From Marsupella aquatica (taxonomy: Eukaryota; Plantae; Marchantiophyta): DNA of 64,000 bases. This document shows positions 24,007-37,824 of the stretch, in pieces (within the stretch, counting starts at the first letter, position 1; each line of letters begins with the position of its first letter). The position numbers and the translations under genes were made by a program. The notes beneath the pieces are model-generated. The model was not told the origin of the DNA. It saw only the letters and a list, made by a program, of their open reading frames with translations, and made no database searches. Where the stretch lies: NCBI GenBank assembly GCA_973895155.1, contig OZ316897.1, positions 2,805,416 through 2,869,415 on the forward strand. The letters run 5' to 3'.

Positions 24007-27000
24007 ATGGTGAGGTCGATCTCTTCGCCGTACCATTCACTGGTAGAGCGGACTGCTCGGTCGTTGGCATCTGTCGGTCCCTCATCTTCTTCTACAGCAG
24101 GAGGATACGGGTACGGGTCAACCTCATCGTCTTCCTCTTCCTTGGCACTAGGTGGAGCAGCCCCACAGAGGTTAGATTGGCCGAACATTAGCCGCCACGG
24201 CCAGCAGCAGAAAGGGAGGCTCTCGTTGACACAGACCTTGTGCGCCTCGTCGGCGTCCACCACTCGAGTCTCATCACGCCATGACGAACCTTCTTCACCT
24301 TTGACGCTCAATGTCAGTTCTTCCTCCACGCTTCCTCCCACTTCTGCCTTGTTTATCTGTTGGATCTTTCATCTAGGACTATGTGGTCTTGTTCAGTTGA
24401 CTATGTACGATTCATTGACAATTCCTACGACATTTCGTTGTTAATCCATTCTCTTAATTGAACATTCAGCTCTGCCAATCGCACTGATTCGCTTCGGAGA
24501 GCCATCATGACACAAGGAAGCTGGACATATATGAATTTCCTAGCTTGCATGTTGGTACAAGTGCTGGATACAACTGAGCTTGTACAAAATTTTGCGAGAA
24601 TTCTGTTCTTCTGGCTTCTCTGACATGTGATATTAGTCATTTTCTGAGTTATTACTTAGGTCGGGCAAATGTTGCTCTTGCAATTTTTTAAAAATCTACA
24701 GAGAACAACTGATTTCTGGGAAAAAGGGAATTTAGAAATTCAGCTGTTCTCGTAGTCATGTACATTTGACCAGTGAGAGAAGCATCTACGTTTTCGGTCT
24801 GATTATTGGGAGTCATCATCTGAAAAGGGTTTGCGAATTACATTCTCGAAGTCATGCACTTGTGTTCCATTTTTCTCTTTCACCGTATTGCATTTAGTTT
24901 CTAATGGAGACAGTCACGTGTCGTCTTCGTTAGAAGTAGTGTAAAGGCATAGTTTAATTCATTAGGCACAGTCCAAGATGCGGTATCTACAGCGAACTCC
25001 TATTTTCACTCTATGGACGACCACTGTTGTAATCACGTGTATAGCTATGATGAATTTTTACATACGATGTCAGTTTGTGGATGGAGGGTTCTTGTGCTTT
25101 TGAATATTATCCTCACCTTGATGTGCAATAGTTTCGTTATGTAGCAGAGTATGGCAGTCCTGGTCTGGTTATGTTCGAATTACAAATTTCCTCTTTTGCA
25201 TTGCTGGACTGCGCAAAGCAAGCTTGCAACGCGAACTAAACAAATAAGATAAACTCTTTACAAAGGACGGATTCCACTCTTGTCGGTTTGGCGCAGGGGA
25301 AGGTGCAGCATTTTGAAGTAGCGGAACCTGATGATGTTTCGCGATCTAGTGAAGCCGAGGATGACAACTCTGAGGTTCTCATCGAATGCCGGGATGTGTA
25401 CAAATCATTTGGAGAGAAACACATCTTGCGCGGTGCCAGCTTTAAGGTGATGGTCCTACCTTGACGTGATTCGAGAAGTCTGTGGACAAATTGGAGTCTG
25501 CCGTCGTCAATGTCTTCCAGATCGGTAGTTAATGTTGATCTGTACCATTCAATATTTGTAGTCGAATGAAGAAGGAGAACATTGTTGCGTGTGCCAGTCT
25601 CCAACTCGTTTTCATGTTCTGGGCTGGGGGCTTCATGTCGTTAAATGCACTTCTCACGACATGTCTCACCAAGGCTTTGTTGGCATTATAGATCCGTGAG
25701 GGAGAGGCAGTTGGCATCATTGGACCCTCCGGTACTGGAAAATCCACAGTTTTGAGAATTATGGCTGGACTCCTGGCCCCTGATAAGGTATTTTCTTTCC
25801 CGGTTCCGAGCTCGAAGCTTCTGACAGCCTACAGCAGACATAGCTTCATGAAAATAGAAGACGGGTCGCTCATTAATTTTGGAAAGTCCTGTGGAGCCGG
25901 TTCTCTGCTCCTACAAAACGCATCCTGTTCCAACGATGCACTTCTAGTCTAATTTGTCACTCGGTGTATTGAGTATTTAACGTACTCGGGCCATAGCTCC
26001 TTGGCTGCTTAGTGCATTAGTTCTCTTTCCCATTGTAAGTAGTTTTTGGCAGGATTGCTATCTTGTACTAAGTTTTCCTTCAATTGGGGATTCATGGACT
26101 CTAAAACCACTCCATTATGTCATCCTTGACGTGAGCCTAATTGAGCGCATTTTTGTTGGTTCTCTTGTAGGGGGAGGTATTCGTTTGTGGCCAAAAGCGG
26201 CACGGTCTAATCAGTGATGAAGCATTAACTGGCCTACGAATTGGTTTGGTGAGCACTCCCACACCTGCTTTTGACTAGAACAGAAATTTTATTTGAATGT
26301 TTGATGATTCTTTCGATAGATTTTGCTGATCGAAGGTACCAGTTGCATTTGACACCACTTCGCCGTGATCTTTTGAATTGCAGGTTTTTCAGAGTGCAGC
26401 ACTTTTTGACTCCTTGACTGTCCGGGAGAATGTTGGGTTTATGCTGTAAGTATCAATGATGTTCTTCACTATATTTAGTTGTTTGTTTTCACTTCGCATC
26501 TGGTTTTGATGCTGCAAGGGTTTTCATTTCTCATTACGGTAGTCATTGATTGGGTGAGATTTCTTGCAATCGTGTCTCCTCCAGCTACGAGCACTCAGAC
26601 TTGTCAAATGAGAAGATTGCAGAGCTTGTTGCAGATAGTCTGGCATCTGTGGGTTTGAAGGTAGGATTGCAAATTTTTTTCCTCTGTTGTGCATCTCAGG
26701 TGAAATATCCTTCATGTACTGGACATTTATTTATCTGTCGTTATTGTATTTTCTAATGCCAGTGGCAACTATGAAATGGGTGAATTGCTGGGTGGATTCT
26801 CTGCTTGGATTTCATGCACGGATTTCATCTTAAATAAAATTAGTGCGGTCACTTTATGAACTGCAGGGAGTGGAAGAGCGTTTACCTTCTGAACTGTCCG
26901 GAGGCATGAAGAAACGAGTAGCACTTGCCCGAGCTATAATATCGGATAATCGAACAGATCACAGTGAGCGAGAGGTTTGTTGATTATTAACCGCGAGTTC

Positions 27001-27876
27001 TAGCAGGTCTTAATTGACAATTTGTGGCCTTCCACCTGTGGTTGTTATACTGCATATTTCAAAGATAATATGCTTCTATTGAGCACCCTGCTGAAAGGAT
27101 TGAAAAGACTACTGGACTCTGACATTTAACGTTTTGGGGCACTGTGGTGTAGCTTGTAATGTACGATGAACCAACGGCAGGATTGGACCCTATCGCATCG
27201 ACAGTCGTCGAGGATTTAATTCGCTCAGTACATATAAAGGGTAAAGATGCACGGGGGAAACCTGGGACGATCTCATCTTATGTAGTTGTAACACATCAAC
27301 ACAGCACAATTCGGCGTGCGGTGGACAGGTGACCTCCTTGCTCTCCAATATATTATCAGGTTGTACGCTGAGTCTCTGATTACCGTGCCTTTCAGGAAGA
27401 TTTCCAGACTTCAAGTACCTCTACCTTTAGTTGTCGTTTGGTGGTTTGTGTTCTCCTTTACAACTTTCATAGGAAAATACGTACTTCTTAATTGAGATTA
27501 TGGACACGTCATTTCTGCTCTGTGTGCACAGAGTACTCTTTCTTCATGACGGTGAGGTTGTCTGGGAAGGCTCAACCGCAGAGTTCGATACTACAACTAA
27601 TCCTATTGTTCGACAGGTACTATTTCTTGACTCAGCTGGCTTAGTGTCTTCGTTTTATTTTTTTAAGCAGTGGTTACAGGGACGGAGGGGGGGTAGTCAT
27701 GGCTTTCAAAGCAGTTGCGTAAACCCAACCACTTGTATGAGGGGGACAGTCGCTGGGAAAGCAAGAACCTGAGTTGTCCACCTAACACACGAGAACAACT
27801 GCTAGACATACTCAGTGATATGACATTTTTGGTGCAGTTTGCGGATGGAAGTCTGAAGGGGCCAATTCGCTACTAG
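24007..27876 (+). CDS. TGD3: Trigalactosyldiacylglycerol 3, chloroplast lipid-transport ABC ATPase (ABCI13, MlaF-like)
   Basis: Exons: 24007-24312, 25297-25446, 25692-25787, 26171-26248, 26384-26445, 26585-26660, 26867-26974, 27153-27328, 27532-27616, 27838-27876. Ser-rich transit-peptide-like N-terminus, VLIECRDVYKSFGEKHILRGASF, Walker A GPSGTGKS, VFQSAALFDSLTVRENVGF, signature LSGGMKKRVALARA, Walker B YDEPTAGLDPIAST, VVTHQHSTIRRAVDR, C-terminus NPIVRQFADGSLKGPIRY*. Confidence 0.95.
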
Positions 27877-28541
27877 TCAAATTTGTTCCTGTTAGTTTCT
27901 TCTTTGAGCATTGACTTTTGACAGGACAGTTGAAAGCAAACCTTTGGGGAACTGTGTACTTGTATTCTCTTGGTCTATCAAATCACATGATTGGAAAAGC
28001 AGAGGAGGGGAATTCCCTAGATCTTTCCGCAGGCCGGCAGCTGTAGGAAAGCAATTATGTAAAATAATCTCTCAATACACTTTCTTAGTTATGGGACTCT
28101 TGTCCCTCTATTCAATGTGCAGAGCTTATTATTTCAAACGGTGATTCATTATACTAATATCACTTGATTCAACATTCCATCTCAGCTGTAAGTGTTGAGG
28201 AGGCATGCAATAGTTTTTGTGGATCCCCTTAGTGTGCTGTGGCCATCAGTAAGCAGCTGTGCTCTCCGTAAGATTCAGGGATTTGTAGTATATTCTTGAA
28301 AGTCCTAGAGTACTGTTGTGAACACTGGAAGCAGTGGAAGACTTGAATGTAGAGGTTGATCATCCGCGTGTCAGAGCAACGTACGACTTTTGATCGGCAA
28401 ATCCCTCCCGTGTCTAACTCGATTATAACTCTGAAGCAAGGACAATTACCTTTGCCTGGGGATTGGAAGGCTTCAAATTGAGTTTCTCCTGTTGCAATCA
28501 CGCTGGCGAGGATCTTAGCGTTTGTAGGAAGTCAGAGCCCT

Positions 28542-28637
28542 GTTGGAAATAGGTGGAAACCTATTTCAGCAAGTTCTGCATATATGTGGGACAGGTGACT
28601 TATTTCTGTGCATTTTGTGCTTGCTGAAATAGGTTTC
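28542..28637. repeat. Inverted repeat or hairpin with 18-bp perfect arms
   Basis: GAAACCTATTTCAGCAAG (28556-28573) pairs with CTTGCTGAAATAGGTTTC (28620-28637). A partial third copy, GAAATAGGT, lies just upstream. Confidence 0.8.
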
Positions 28638-29372
28638 TGATGCCTAGGAAATGAGGAGCATCAAAACTTGAGAGGAAATTTGATGGTCTGGGGACAGTTA
28701 TAAGCATGCATTTGCCAAGTTTCATCCCCTATAGAGTTCATCAATGACTGTACATCGCGTTCAGTCGAAGGACAACCGGACGATTTCAATGAAAGCTCAG
28801 CTACGAGCCTTTCGTTCAGTCAACTTAGTTCCAGATCTCCAAATCAATCCCAACACGAACTGACCAATACAAGCTAAATGGAAATGTCCGACTTATTTTT
28901 CAAAAGTTTAACACGAGCTCTGACGATGAAAATAATCTCTGTCCATCAGAGCCGTAAAGCTGTTGCAAAAATTGAAATTTTACTGCCAGATTCTTTTAAC
29001 GTAGGGCAACAAATTAGAAGTAAACGCTGAAGCAGGCTTTTGCTAATCGGATGATCATGCCAACGTTCCAAATAATAGACTCCTTGTGCACTACACGGTG
29101 CCTTGCTAACTTTCATGAATGGCTTCTTCTTGCCAAAACCTGGTAAATCATGGTAAATCACAGGCTTGTATAGCGACGGCGAACTGAACGTTGCACCTTG
29201 CTTAGATGGCTACGAGCTACTACTGTTAGCTCTAGTCTCATTTGGCCAAACGATGGTCTACTGTAGATTTCCTATCATAGCCGGTAGCAATCGTAACTTG
29301 TGCTAAGGTTTGCACAAGGCCACCCGAGCTCTGCTCATCCACGGTGCGTTTCTAGATGTCGCTGACCTGATC

Positions 29373-29585
29373 ATATGACTCCTTGATCGGATATACAGAA
29401 GCCTTTCCCGGCTTGGGCAAACCTCAAATTCTTTCAAAGTCAGTGGTTTGAATAATAAACCCTACAATTACTTCTGTTTATATGACTCCTTGATCGGATA
29501 TACAGAAGCCTTTCCCGGCTTGAGCAAATCTCAAACCCTTTAAAAGTCAGTCGTTTGTACCATTAACGCAACAGGTACTTCTGTC
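29373..29585. repeat. 107-bp tandem duplication upstream of the TPR gene
   Basis: ATATGACTCCTTGATCGGATATACAGAAGCCTTTCCCGGCTTG is identical at 29373 and 29480; the copies diverge distally. Confidence 0.85.
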
Positions 29586-29944
29586 AACAATGTAAAGCTT
29601 TTGCTGTCGTTGATGTCCCGAAGACAACGAGCCCTAATGGAAGAGCGGGTTCGCAGGGTTAAGGCAGCTTGTGTGATTGGAATTGTCTGTTTTGACCGAT
29701 GTTACAGCAGTCATTTCCCGTTCTGGCAAACTTTATCGTAGATGCTCAATTTCTCACACGAATGATGAGTCTCTTTCGCTTCATATGTCTGTGCGGGTCC
29801 GCGGACTTTCCGATGCTTTGGGTTCCATTCAATTGAATTTGATTCACGTGGTAATTCAATATCAACTTCATCATCGGAGGAAGAAGGTCAGTGTTGGAGC
29901 AAAGCTGGTAGACGAGGCAGCTGTGGCTGATCCGAATTGTTGCA

Positions 29945-32900
29945 ATGGGACCTCCTCACAACCGCCAGCAATTTCGGAACAACAGAAAGGGAGGAGCAGC
30001 ACCGGACTCTTCAACGAGTTCCGCCTCTTCTGGCTCTTCTATCCTTGCAGGTGTGATTTACCTCACTCGCAAGTAAGGTTTTGACGTTGTTCTCTTGTAG
30101 CTACCGTTGACAATCAATCTATCGCGGCATGAGGAATTTAAATCCCTGTTCGATAAAGCAGATGTAGTGCGCACCAAAGCCTCTTGAGCCTCTTGAGGAG
30201 AGACGATAAGGGAAGGTCTTACCATTTACAATGTCTGGCGGCCAGGGACTACGTGTGAAGGATTAGAGCTTTCTCATTGCCCGAACTGGACTAATCAGCT
30301 AGGAGAGGAGTTCCATCACCTCCACCCACAATCTTCCTCCCCAAGTTTAAATTGGTTGAGCTTGCTTGTCTTGACCATTTTCCATTTCTTTCATAAAATG
30401 TTATGCAAGCGAATTTTGCCACCGGCTGTCTTTAAGGCTGTCGTTAGATGGGATGGAATAGATGGGAATGGTCTTTGTATGCTTTCTGATCGCATATCAA
30501 AATATTGCAGAGGCGAGAAAACTTAAGCAGCAAGCGGAAAGGAAGCCTGAGGGTACTGCACGCGGTGCAGTCCTCAAGAGATGCGCTCAGCGCTTCAACG
30601 ATGCTCTAGCGTTACCCCTCTCCTTCGCTGATCAAGAAGAGGCGTGGTTTGATCTTGTAAACCCCTCATACACAGCCTTGTAACTACTACCTGAAGAATC
30701 ATGCCGATGTCTGCTAAAGGTTGATGGAATTCGTGTTGTAGTCATCCAGGAGCTTTCTATAATCTCTAAAACTAGATATCTTGAGGCGGGTCGTGTGGAA
30801 CAGGTGAAAAAATTGACGTGGCCAAGGTGCTGACAAACACCTGATTTCAGCCTTGTGAATGATTGGGTTGTAAAAAATATTACAAGGAGGGCTGTCCAGA
30901 GAGGCTCGGAAGAAGACGAGATTCGGTCATTCGCTAATTTCTGATACGGGATCTAATTCATGCCAGGGTGAGGTATTGCTTCTGTCGTCGGCATCGATAC
31001 TTGCCGGACTGTCTACCCTCACCGGCAATATTTTCGAACCCATTGTCAAGAAGCCTCGAGCTCTTGAAATTCACCTCCAGGCTTCCTTAGATGCAGCTGC
31101 TTTGAGCAGGTAAGTGAGCTTGATTCCTCTATAGTCGGTAAAGGTTTTGTTTGCCAGTATACTATTCCTTCTTCGGAGCTGTTGATCAGCTGCGGAAGAT
31201 TGTTTGTCTTTGCCCATATTCTTTTTGCATCATTGTCCACATTGTTGCAATGCCTAAGTTTACCGTCAAGTGTCAAAGATTATGGGTGACCTTTCTGGTT
31301 TTGTATGCAGGCAGAGCCATGATATGTTTGAAAGAGTTTGTTCCAGGGAGGGTCGAGGTGAGCTGAAAGAAGAAGCTGCGGTCAATAGCGGAAATGCCCT
31401 CTGTCAGTGTGCAGAGCTGGCCCTTGAAATTCCGACTGAGATGGGAGGCGGAGCGGCCATTGCAACAGAGCTTTACCGCCAGGCATTCGACAGGTAGACC
31501 TTAGTACTCAGAAGCCTTTGATTTCTTGTGGAGAACCGCACTATGGTTGAATCATCTCTTGTGTATTGTTCCGGATTTATGTCCAAATTGTTCTGGATTT
31601 CTGTAAAAATTGTGAGCTCAGTAAATTCTTTTTCAAGAACTTCTGTTCGTGGCCTAGCTCATCAAGTACATTGAAGAAGCAGGAGACGGGAAGAAACATC
31701 TGTCTGTAGAATACAAATCACCCAGCTACCCTACTTGAACAATAAAACCAAACGACATTTGTTAAGGGCGTGGGTTCGCAGTTGTACTGTATTCAGTGAA
31801 TGTGTGGAAACAAATTGACATTAGGATATATGAAAGGCTTGACGTTTAAGAATCATGGAAATCTACTGAATTCCTGTACGCTGGATGCAGAGCAGGTACT
31901 CAGCAGCCTTGATGTCATCGGCAGATGACGTGGAGCTCTTAACAAATGTCGGTGATTGCTGCATTCAGAGAGCTGAATTGGCAGCCTCTTCAATTCACTT
32001 GAATAGCTCTGGTCTCCCCTCGGTTTGGGATTTGGCTAAAGAAAACTACGAGCGTGGGCTAGGAGCATATGGTTTGGCCTGTGCCAATGCAGATGCGAGA
32101 ATAGGAGATGATTTAGCTGGTCTACTTCAAAATTGGGGAGTGGGCCTTTTTTCTGTTGCGCAGGTAAAATCCGTTGTTATTATATGAATCTGTTTACTAA
32201 GTGAAACAGTCTTTCTTCTTTTCCGAGTTTGAATCACTTGTAGTTATTGCCCCTCCCGTTTTTAAAGTGCTCGCGTTTACACTCTGAGAAGTACCCTGAT
32301 TTTGAATCGTCTTTATACTCTTTGCCTTTTGGCCCTTGGACTTGCTTTACATTCTTTTGCCATTTTCAGGCAAACCAAGTGACGACCCTACTACTGACTT
32401 TGACACATATACGGTTTATGGTTTACGGTTCAGGATCATCCTTGTCTAGTCTAGAGTATGCGGCTTCGTTGCAACCCTTTAAAGCGTGAGTAGCCTGATG
32501 TACACCGTTTTTAGTGGACTGTGTCCGCATCTTAGCCCCTAGATTAGAAGCATTTATGGCACTAATGGTGGTCCTGTCCTTTTTCAGAGGTCACCTGATC
32601 CAGAAGAAGCAATGAAGTTTGTAGGAACTGCACAGGAGAAGTTACGGTCCGCTATGAAGTTTAGACCTACGGATTCATCCCTTTGTCTTGCACTTGGAGA
32701 AGGTCTACTTGGCGTTGCAGATCACTTTGCCGACAATCCTCATCTTCAACAGCAGGTGTGCTAATAAGGAGCACGTGGAAAAACCTCATTTGAAGCTTGT
32801 TTAGTACTGAAGAGAGAGACGGAACAATTTCCTTATCACGAGTTGGTATTCACAATCACAGACTAGATTGGACAGTTGCCCCGTTTATATTGGAGAACTA

Positions 32901-33745
32901 TCTGAAAATATCCAAGGTTTATCTGTGTCCTTTGACCCATTTTGGACCTGTATAAGATGTACGTGTAAGTCTTTAGAAAGGGCATAGAATTGATGGGTAA
33001 GGGTGCTCTATACGATGACCTCTAACAATCACGTTGGTGTTCTTCTCCACATGAACCTATTTTCTAAGATCTCAGTAAATACTGGCAGGTGCTAGAGTAC
33101 CTAAGAGTCGCAGTCGAAGATGGGTTTGGAGAAGTACTGAAGATCGACTCGAAAAGCATCAGTGCCTTTTTGGGTTTAGGTGATACCCACCTTGCAGCTG
33201 CTAAGCTGCTAGCCAGCAGCGGAGGAGAGACGAATGCTAGGAAGCACTTGGAGGAGAGTGTCAACTCATATTCTCTTGCAGTCAAAATCTTGAAGGAGGG
33301 TAAGCGCTTACCAAATTGAAATCAACGTTATGCAATCGTATCTTATTTTACTTCTTGACCTGCCTTGAATGTGATCTCATGTAGAAACGGGAGGCAGATT
33401 ATATGAGCTGCCTTATATCCTCGAAACAAGTCTAATGGTACTACTTCTGAATGACGTCGTTTTCGATGGTCTTACCTTGACTGCATTTGGTGGTTCGTTT
33501 TCCCAGACTCAGGAGGTGAACTGAACTTGAAATTTGATGAGCAGTGTGACGTTCTCTACAACCTAGCATGTGCTGCAGCACTTGCTGGGTCTGAAGCAGA
33601 GGTGCATGGGGCCTTGGTACAGCTTGCCAGTGTCGATGCTTTTTCTGTAAAGGATGCTCTTGAGGATCCTGATCTAGCGAGTATTAGATCTAGGGATTGG
33701 TTCAGCGCCTTAGTGCAACGTATCCAGTCTACATCAACGAGATAA
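29945..33745 (+). CDS. Uncharacterised TPR/helical-repeat protein with C-terminal YNLAC...DPDL TPR-capping module
   Basis: In-frame GT-AG exons, approximately 29945-30050, 30511-30656, 30967-31109, 31311-31493, 31896-32163, 32588-32755, 33089-33299, 33507-33745. TPR-like signatures NSGNALCQCAELA, NVGDCCIQRAELA, QNWGVGL, LALGEGL, LGLGDTHLAAA. C-terminus VLYNLACAAALAG...L...DALEDPDLASIRSRDWFSALV. Confidence 0.8.
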
Positions 33746-36700
33746 GTTGCTATGCGAGAGTTAAAAGCATTATGGATGCTCTTAATATGAATCCAAAGAT
33801 CAAAATTATCATTAAGTGGAGAGGGTCTTCCAATTTAGTTCATGATACTCTGATGACGTCCTTTTAGATTGACACCCTAGCTTAGTCTCAATGCGTAAAA
33901 CGTCTTGATTCAATGTGGTCACGTTGGGAGGTAAATAAAACTGGGATGGAGGCAACTTAAGGATCAACGTGCAGTTGAGCATAGTTTCAGTTGGATGGCC
34001 GCTATACAAAAAATAAAACAGTTTTGCCTTCACTGTTACTCTACAAGAGGATTCGGTCAGCGCTAACTCGTCTTGGGGGAAAGGGTGGGAACATTGGAAC
34101 TGACCATCTAGAGTGCCATATTTGTGGTCCGATTCGATTTCCACAGGCAAGGTAACATCCCAGCCCACTATCTTAGTCCATGAATTCCCAACTTTATGTA
34201 CTGAATGAACAAGCGTCTTGGCATTCACATAACGTTTTAGACCTTAAAGTTTAGAAGGCCTTCAAATCCAATGCAAATATTAAGTCATGAAGTCTAAGGT
34301 GCAGTATTTGACTAAAATCCCTTACGTTAGCTATCATCGCACAAGCTAGCCGCTAGTCGGGTTTCCCATGTACACGATCTCTATCTGGATGACTGGATGA
34401 GTCTGAATGGTATTTGACAGCGATTCTTTTGCAGATGTATACTGTACATCTGTATATTCTTTTGTACTGTTTTGTCCTACTTTAGTCAGAAAGTGATCAG
34501 AGAACCTGAGGTTAAAATCTGGGTTCAAATCCAATATATCTGGAAATTTGATAATCAAAGTTGCACTTTAGTTACAGTTCTCAATTAAACCTGGCCTCCT
34601 TAATCTAGCCAAAAACCCATCCCAGAATGACAAGCTCTCAAGGGCTCACGATAGAGATGTTTGATTGTAGCGGTCTCCAGAGTTGTACATTCTTTACGAG
34701 TCTCCAGATATCTATTATTATTTATTTCCTTCGATCAAACTACACATGCAGTACCTACAATCAAGTTCAACAAATTGCGTCATGTAATGCTTTGCCAAAT
34801 CGGCCTACACAAACTGCAAAGCCAAACTGCAGTCAGTTACCAAACATGGCACTTCATCATAGCAAGATTGCAACCCAAACAGATCATGGGCTCTATCTGG
34901 AGTACTTTTGAACCAAACCAACAGTTGCGAACGAATATTTATTAGTGTGAAATATGTACATCTTTCTTCTTCTTCTGCTTCTTTTGTTTGGTAAACTTTC
35001 CTGAGAGTGTCTTCGAGGCAAGCTAGAGAACGCCCCGTCAACATGTGACATGAAAGAGAAGTTGGGTCATCGCTGGTTATATCCTGATCAACCAGGCATA
35101 TTTGCAGGCCGAGAATCATAGCAAATCAAAGCCTGTTTTCGACTGTGTCACTATATAGTGGTAGTGCGATTATAGTCCCCGACCACTACCTGGGAGCACC
35201 GGCACACGAATCCAAACTCGCAAGACAGTGAAGTATCGCTAGGGGATAGCATACAGATTGGAGTAATAAAAGCCACACCGAGACACACAAGCGGCCAGTC
35301 CCAGCTCTCTGGTTTGGACAATTGCAAACGACGACGTACATGAGCTCGCTCTAGTCCCCGCTCTAGTCCAGTCAAGCAAAAGCTAGGCGAGAAGCTGTAA
35401 GCCCAGCCCAGTCCAGCCTAGGTCAGGATGGATGGAGACTTCTAACAACCCCGTAATTTTCTACACAAACCGGGACACAAACTCGAGACCAGTACGCAAT
35501 ATCGCAAAACGTCGTTTTAGCAAGCATTAATTGTTTTGGGGCAGGTACGCAACTGAGACGTGACCGACCGATTCGCTGTCGAATGTTTTCTCCACATCTG
35601 CCATCCCTGTCAGTCGGTCTTCGATACGGTACTGTAATTTTCATATTCGGACACCCAGGCCTACGACTGTCATGATTTTGAAGTAGGTCGTATTCATTTC
35701 AATTCGAGTGGCTATAGCACAGAGTAGTGGTGAAATTCGGCATAGGTAGGCGGCTCTAAAATAGTATATCGGACAGCCAGGTTTGCGTTCGACACAGATT
35801 TCGGTCTGATCCAGCGAACATGCCCCTTAATTTGACGTATCATTGACAGAGAGTCCAATTTGGCAGATTCAATCCCAGCTGCAGGTTGCCCTGTAAAGCT
35901 TTTTTTATATCTGTTAAATGAGCTATCTACAGGAAAGGATCGTGTATGTATATGATGTGCTGCACGATCTTAGGGAGCTGGTTCTATGGCGTATGATTTC
36001 TCGGATTCTGAGGATTGCCAGACCAAGACTAATAAATTTGCCTGTTTCTTCCACGTCCAATTTAGCTCTTTGATAAGGTTTAATTCGATTTTAGGTGCAC
36101 CTCATAGGTACAGTACATCCTAGGGACTGGAATTATTGGGAAGCGACAGTAAGGAACTCATTCCAGTAAATCTTGTTTCAGGGTTCTGGGCTGTTTCTTT
36201 TTCATTGGAGGCTCGACAGTAAGTTGTTGGACTGTACGTGTTTAACGAGTAAACAAGATTTTAGATCGGAATCGTATTACATGTCCTTCGTATATACATC
36301 GGACAGCGAAGAAAATCGTCGCTCAGAGTAAGGATCGTTTGCAAAGTTTTGCATAAGTATTGTTAAGAAAGCTCAAATGGAATTGTTTAGGTAAATTGCT
36401 ATATTGACCATAGATCGTTGCAACAAGAAACGTAAGGGGAAAGTTCCAGGTTGAGCACTCCACTTAGGCTCATGCATGCCCACCATAAAAACAGAATGTA
36501 TTCAAAACAAGGCCAAAAATGTTTTACAGTCACTGGGATGTTCGACAGATATGTCACATTTATCGAGAGTGAATTATCTCGATCCTTTCTTTGGAATTCA
36601 TGTATATAATCGAAGAAGCGCGTACCCACGTAGTGATCGGCTCTTTTTAAGGTTCCATGGATTAAATCTAGATACAGGCTACCCATCTGTCCCACGTACG

Positions 36701-37703
36701 TTAACGTTGACTCGTCATTCAAATATTATGCGTCTACAAGTCCGTGTTCAACTTACGTCGTATCGATATATGTCATTCAATTCCAACTCGAGACAATCAT
36801 GACATTTATAGATAGATTCGACTTAAGTTGAACACGGAGTAACCCTTGGGAGAAACTCATGTTATCTATGGCCAGAGTTATGGCTTGTCTCAACATTTTT
36901 GTTAAGCACGGATAGGTGAGATGTAGGTGCTGGCCAGCGTCATTGCTTTGGTCAGTGCTTGTTAGCTCGCAAAGTTGCCGATCTTGGTGGTCCACGGGCT
37001 TCCTAGGCCTATTCCGTAGAGTTAGATACTTTGTCCAATTAATACCTAGCCAGATGTTCTGAAATGAATTGTCCTAAGCTTGCAGTTTAGCATCGCTGGC
37101 ATTCAGATGACTCAGCTGGCCTGCGGACGGTTACTTTAGTGTTAGGAAAAGAAATCACTCAGGAGAGCTAAAGCGATTGAATACTCTTTGAAAACAATGC
37201 TGCTAAGGCTTGAAAACTGGTCCGATTGGAGCAACATAGCAAGTTGTACTCTGCGACTTGGCTTCTTTTGAGATGCTTCTGATCGAGGTTGAGACTCAGT
37301 ACTTTACTTAATAGCAGTACCATCGGGATGAGGACTACATCTGGAGACATCTGGAGATTGCTGTTTTGGGTCGCCATTCTCGTCAGTATTTGTCCATCGT
37401 GCATAGTACAGCTTTAGAGATGCCTACTTGAGAAGAAAGACAGAAATGGAGGACTAAGCTGCAGCTGCGCTTCAAGAGTCTCAATCAAGGACAAAATGAT
37501 ATTGACGATCAATTTGGCGCTTGCCAGCATAATTCGTACGAAGAGACCATGAGCGATTAACACTAATGTGCCACGTACTCTGACGCCAAGTCTTAACTTT
37601 TGTATATATGGCCCGAACTTTGTAGTATCAGCTAGTCATTTGATCGAGCAAACCTCGAGCTTATAAAGTAGAGTCCAAATATGGAAAATTGGAGGTTCTA
37701 GTG

Positions 37704-37824
37704 AAATCAGGTCGAGCTACAAGTTTCAGATTCTCACGTCGAACGGGTGATAAAGAAACTTGTAGGTCGACCAAAAGGTGGATTTTACACTCCAAGAATT
37801 GAAACTTGTAGCTCGACCTGATTT
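37704..37824. repeat. Inverted repeat with 25-bp perfect arms (MITE-like or hairpin)
   Basis: AAATCAGGTCGAGCTACAAGTTTCA (37704-37728) pairs with TGAAACTTGTAGCTCGACCTGATTT (37800-37824). A third partial copy, GAAACTTGTAGGTCGACC, lies at 37755-37772. Confidence 0.85.
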
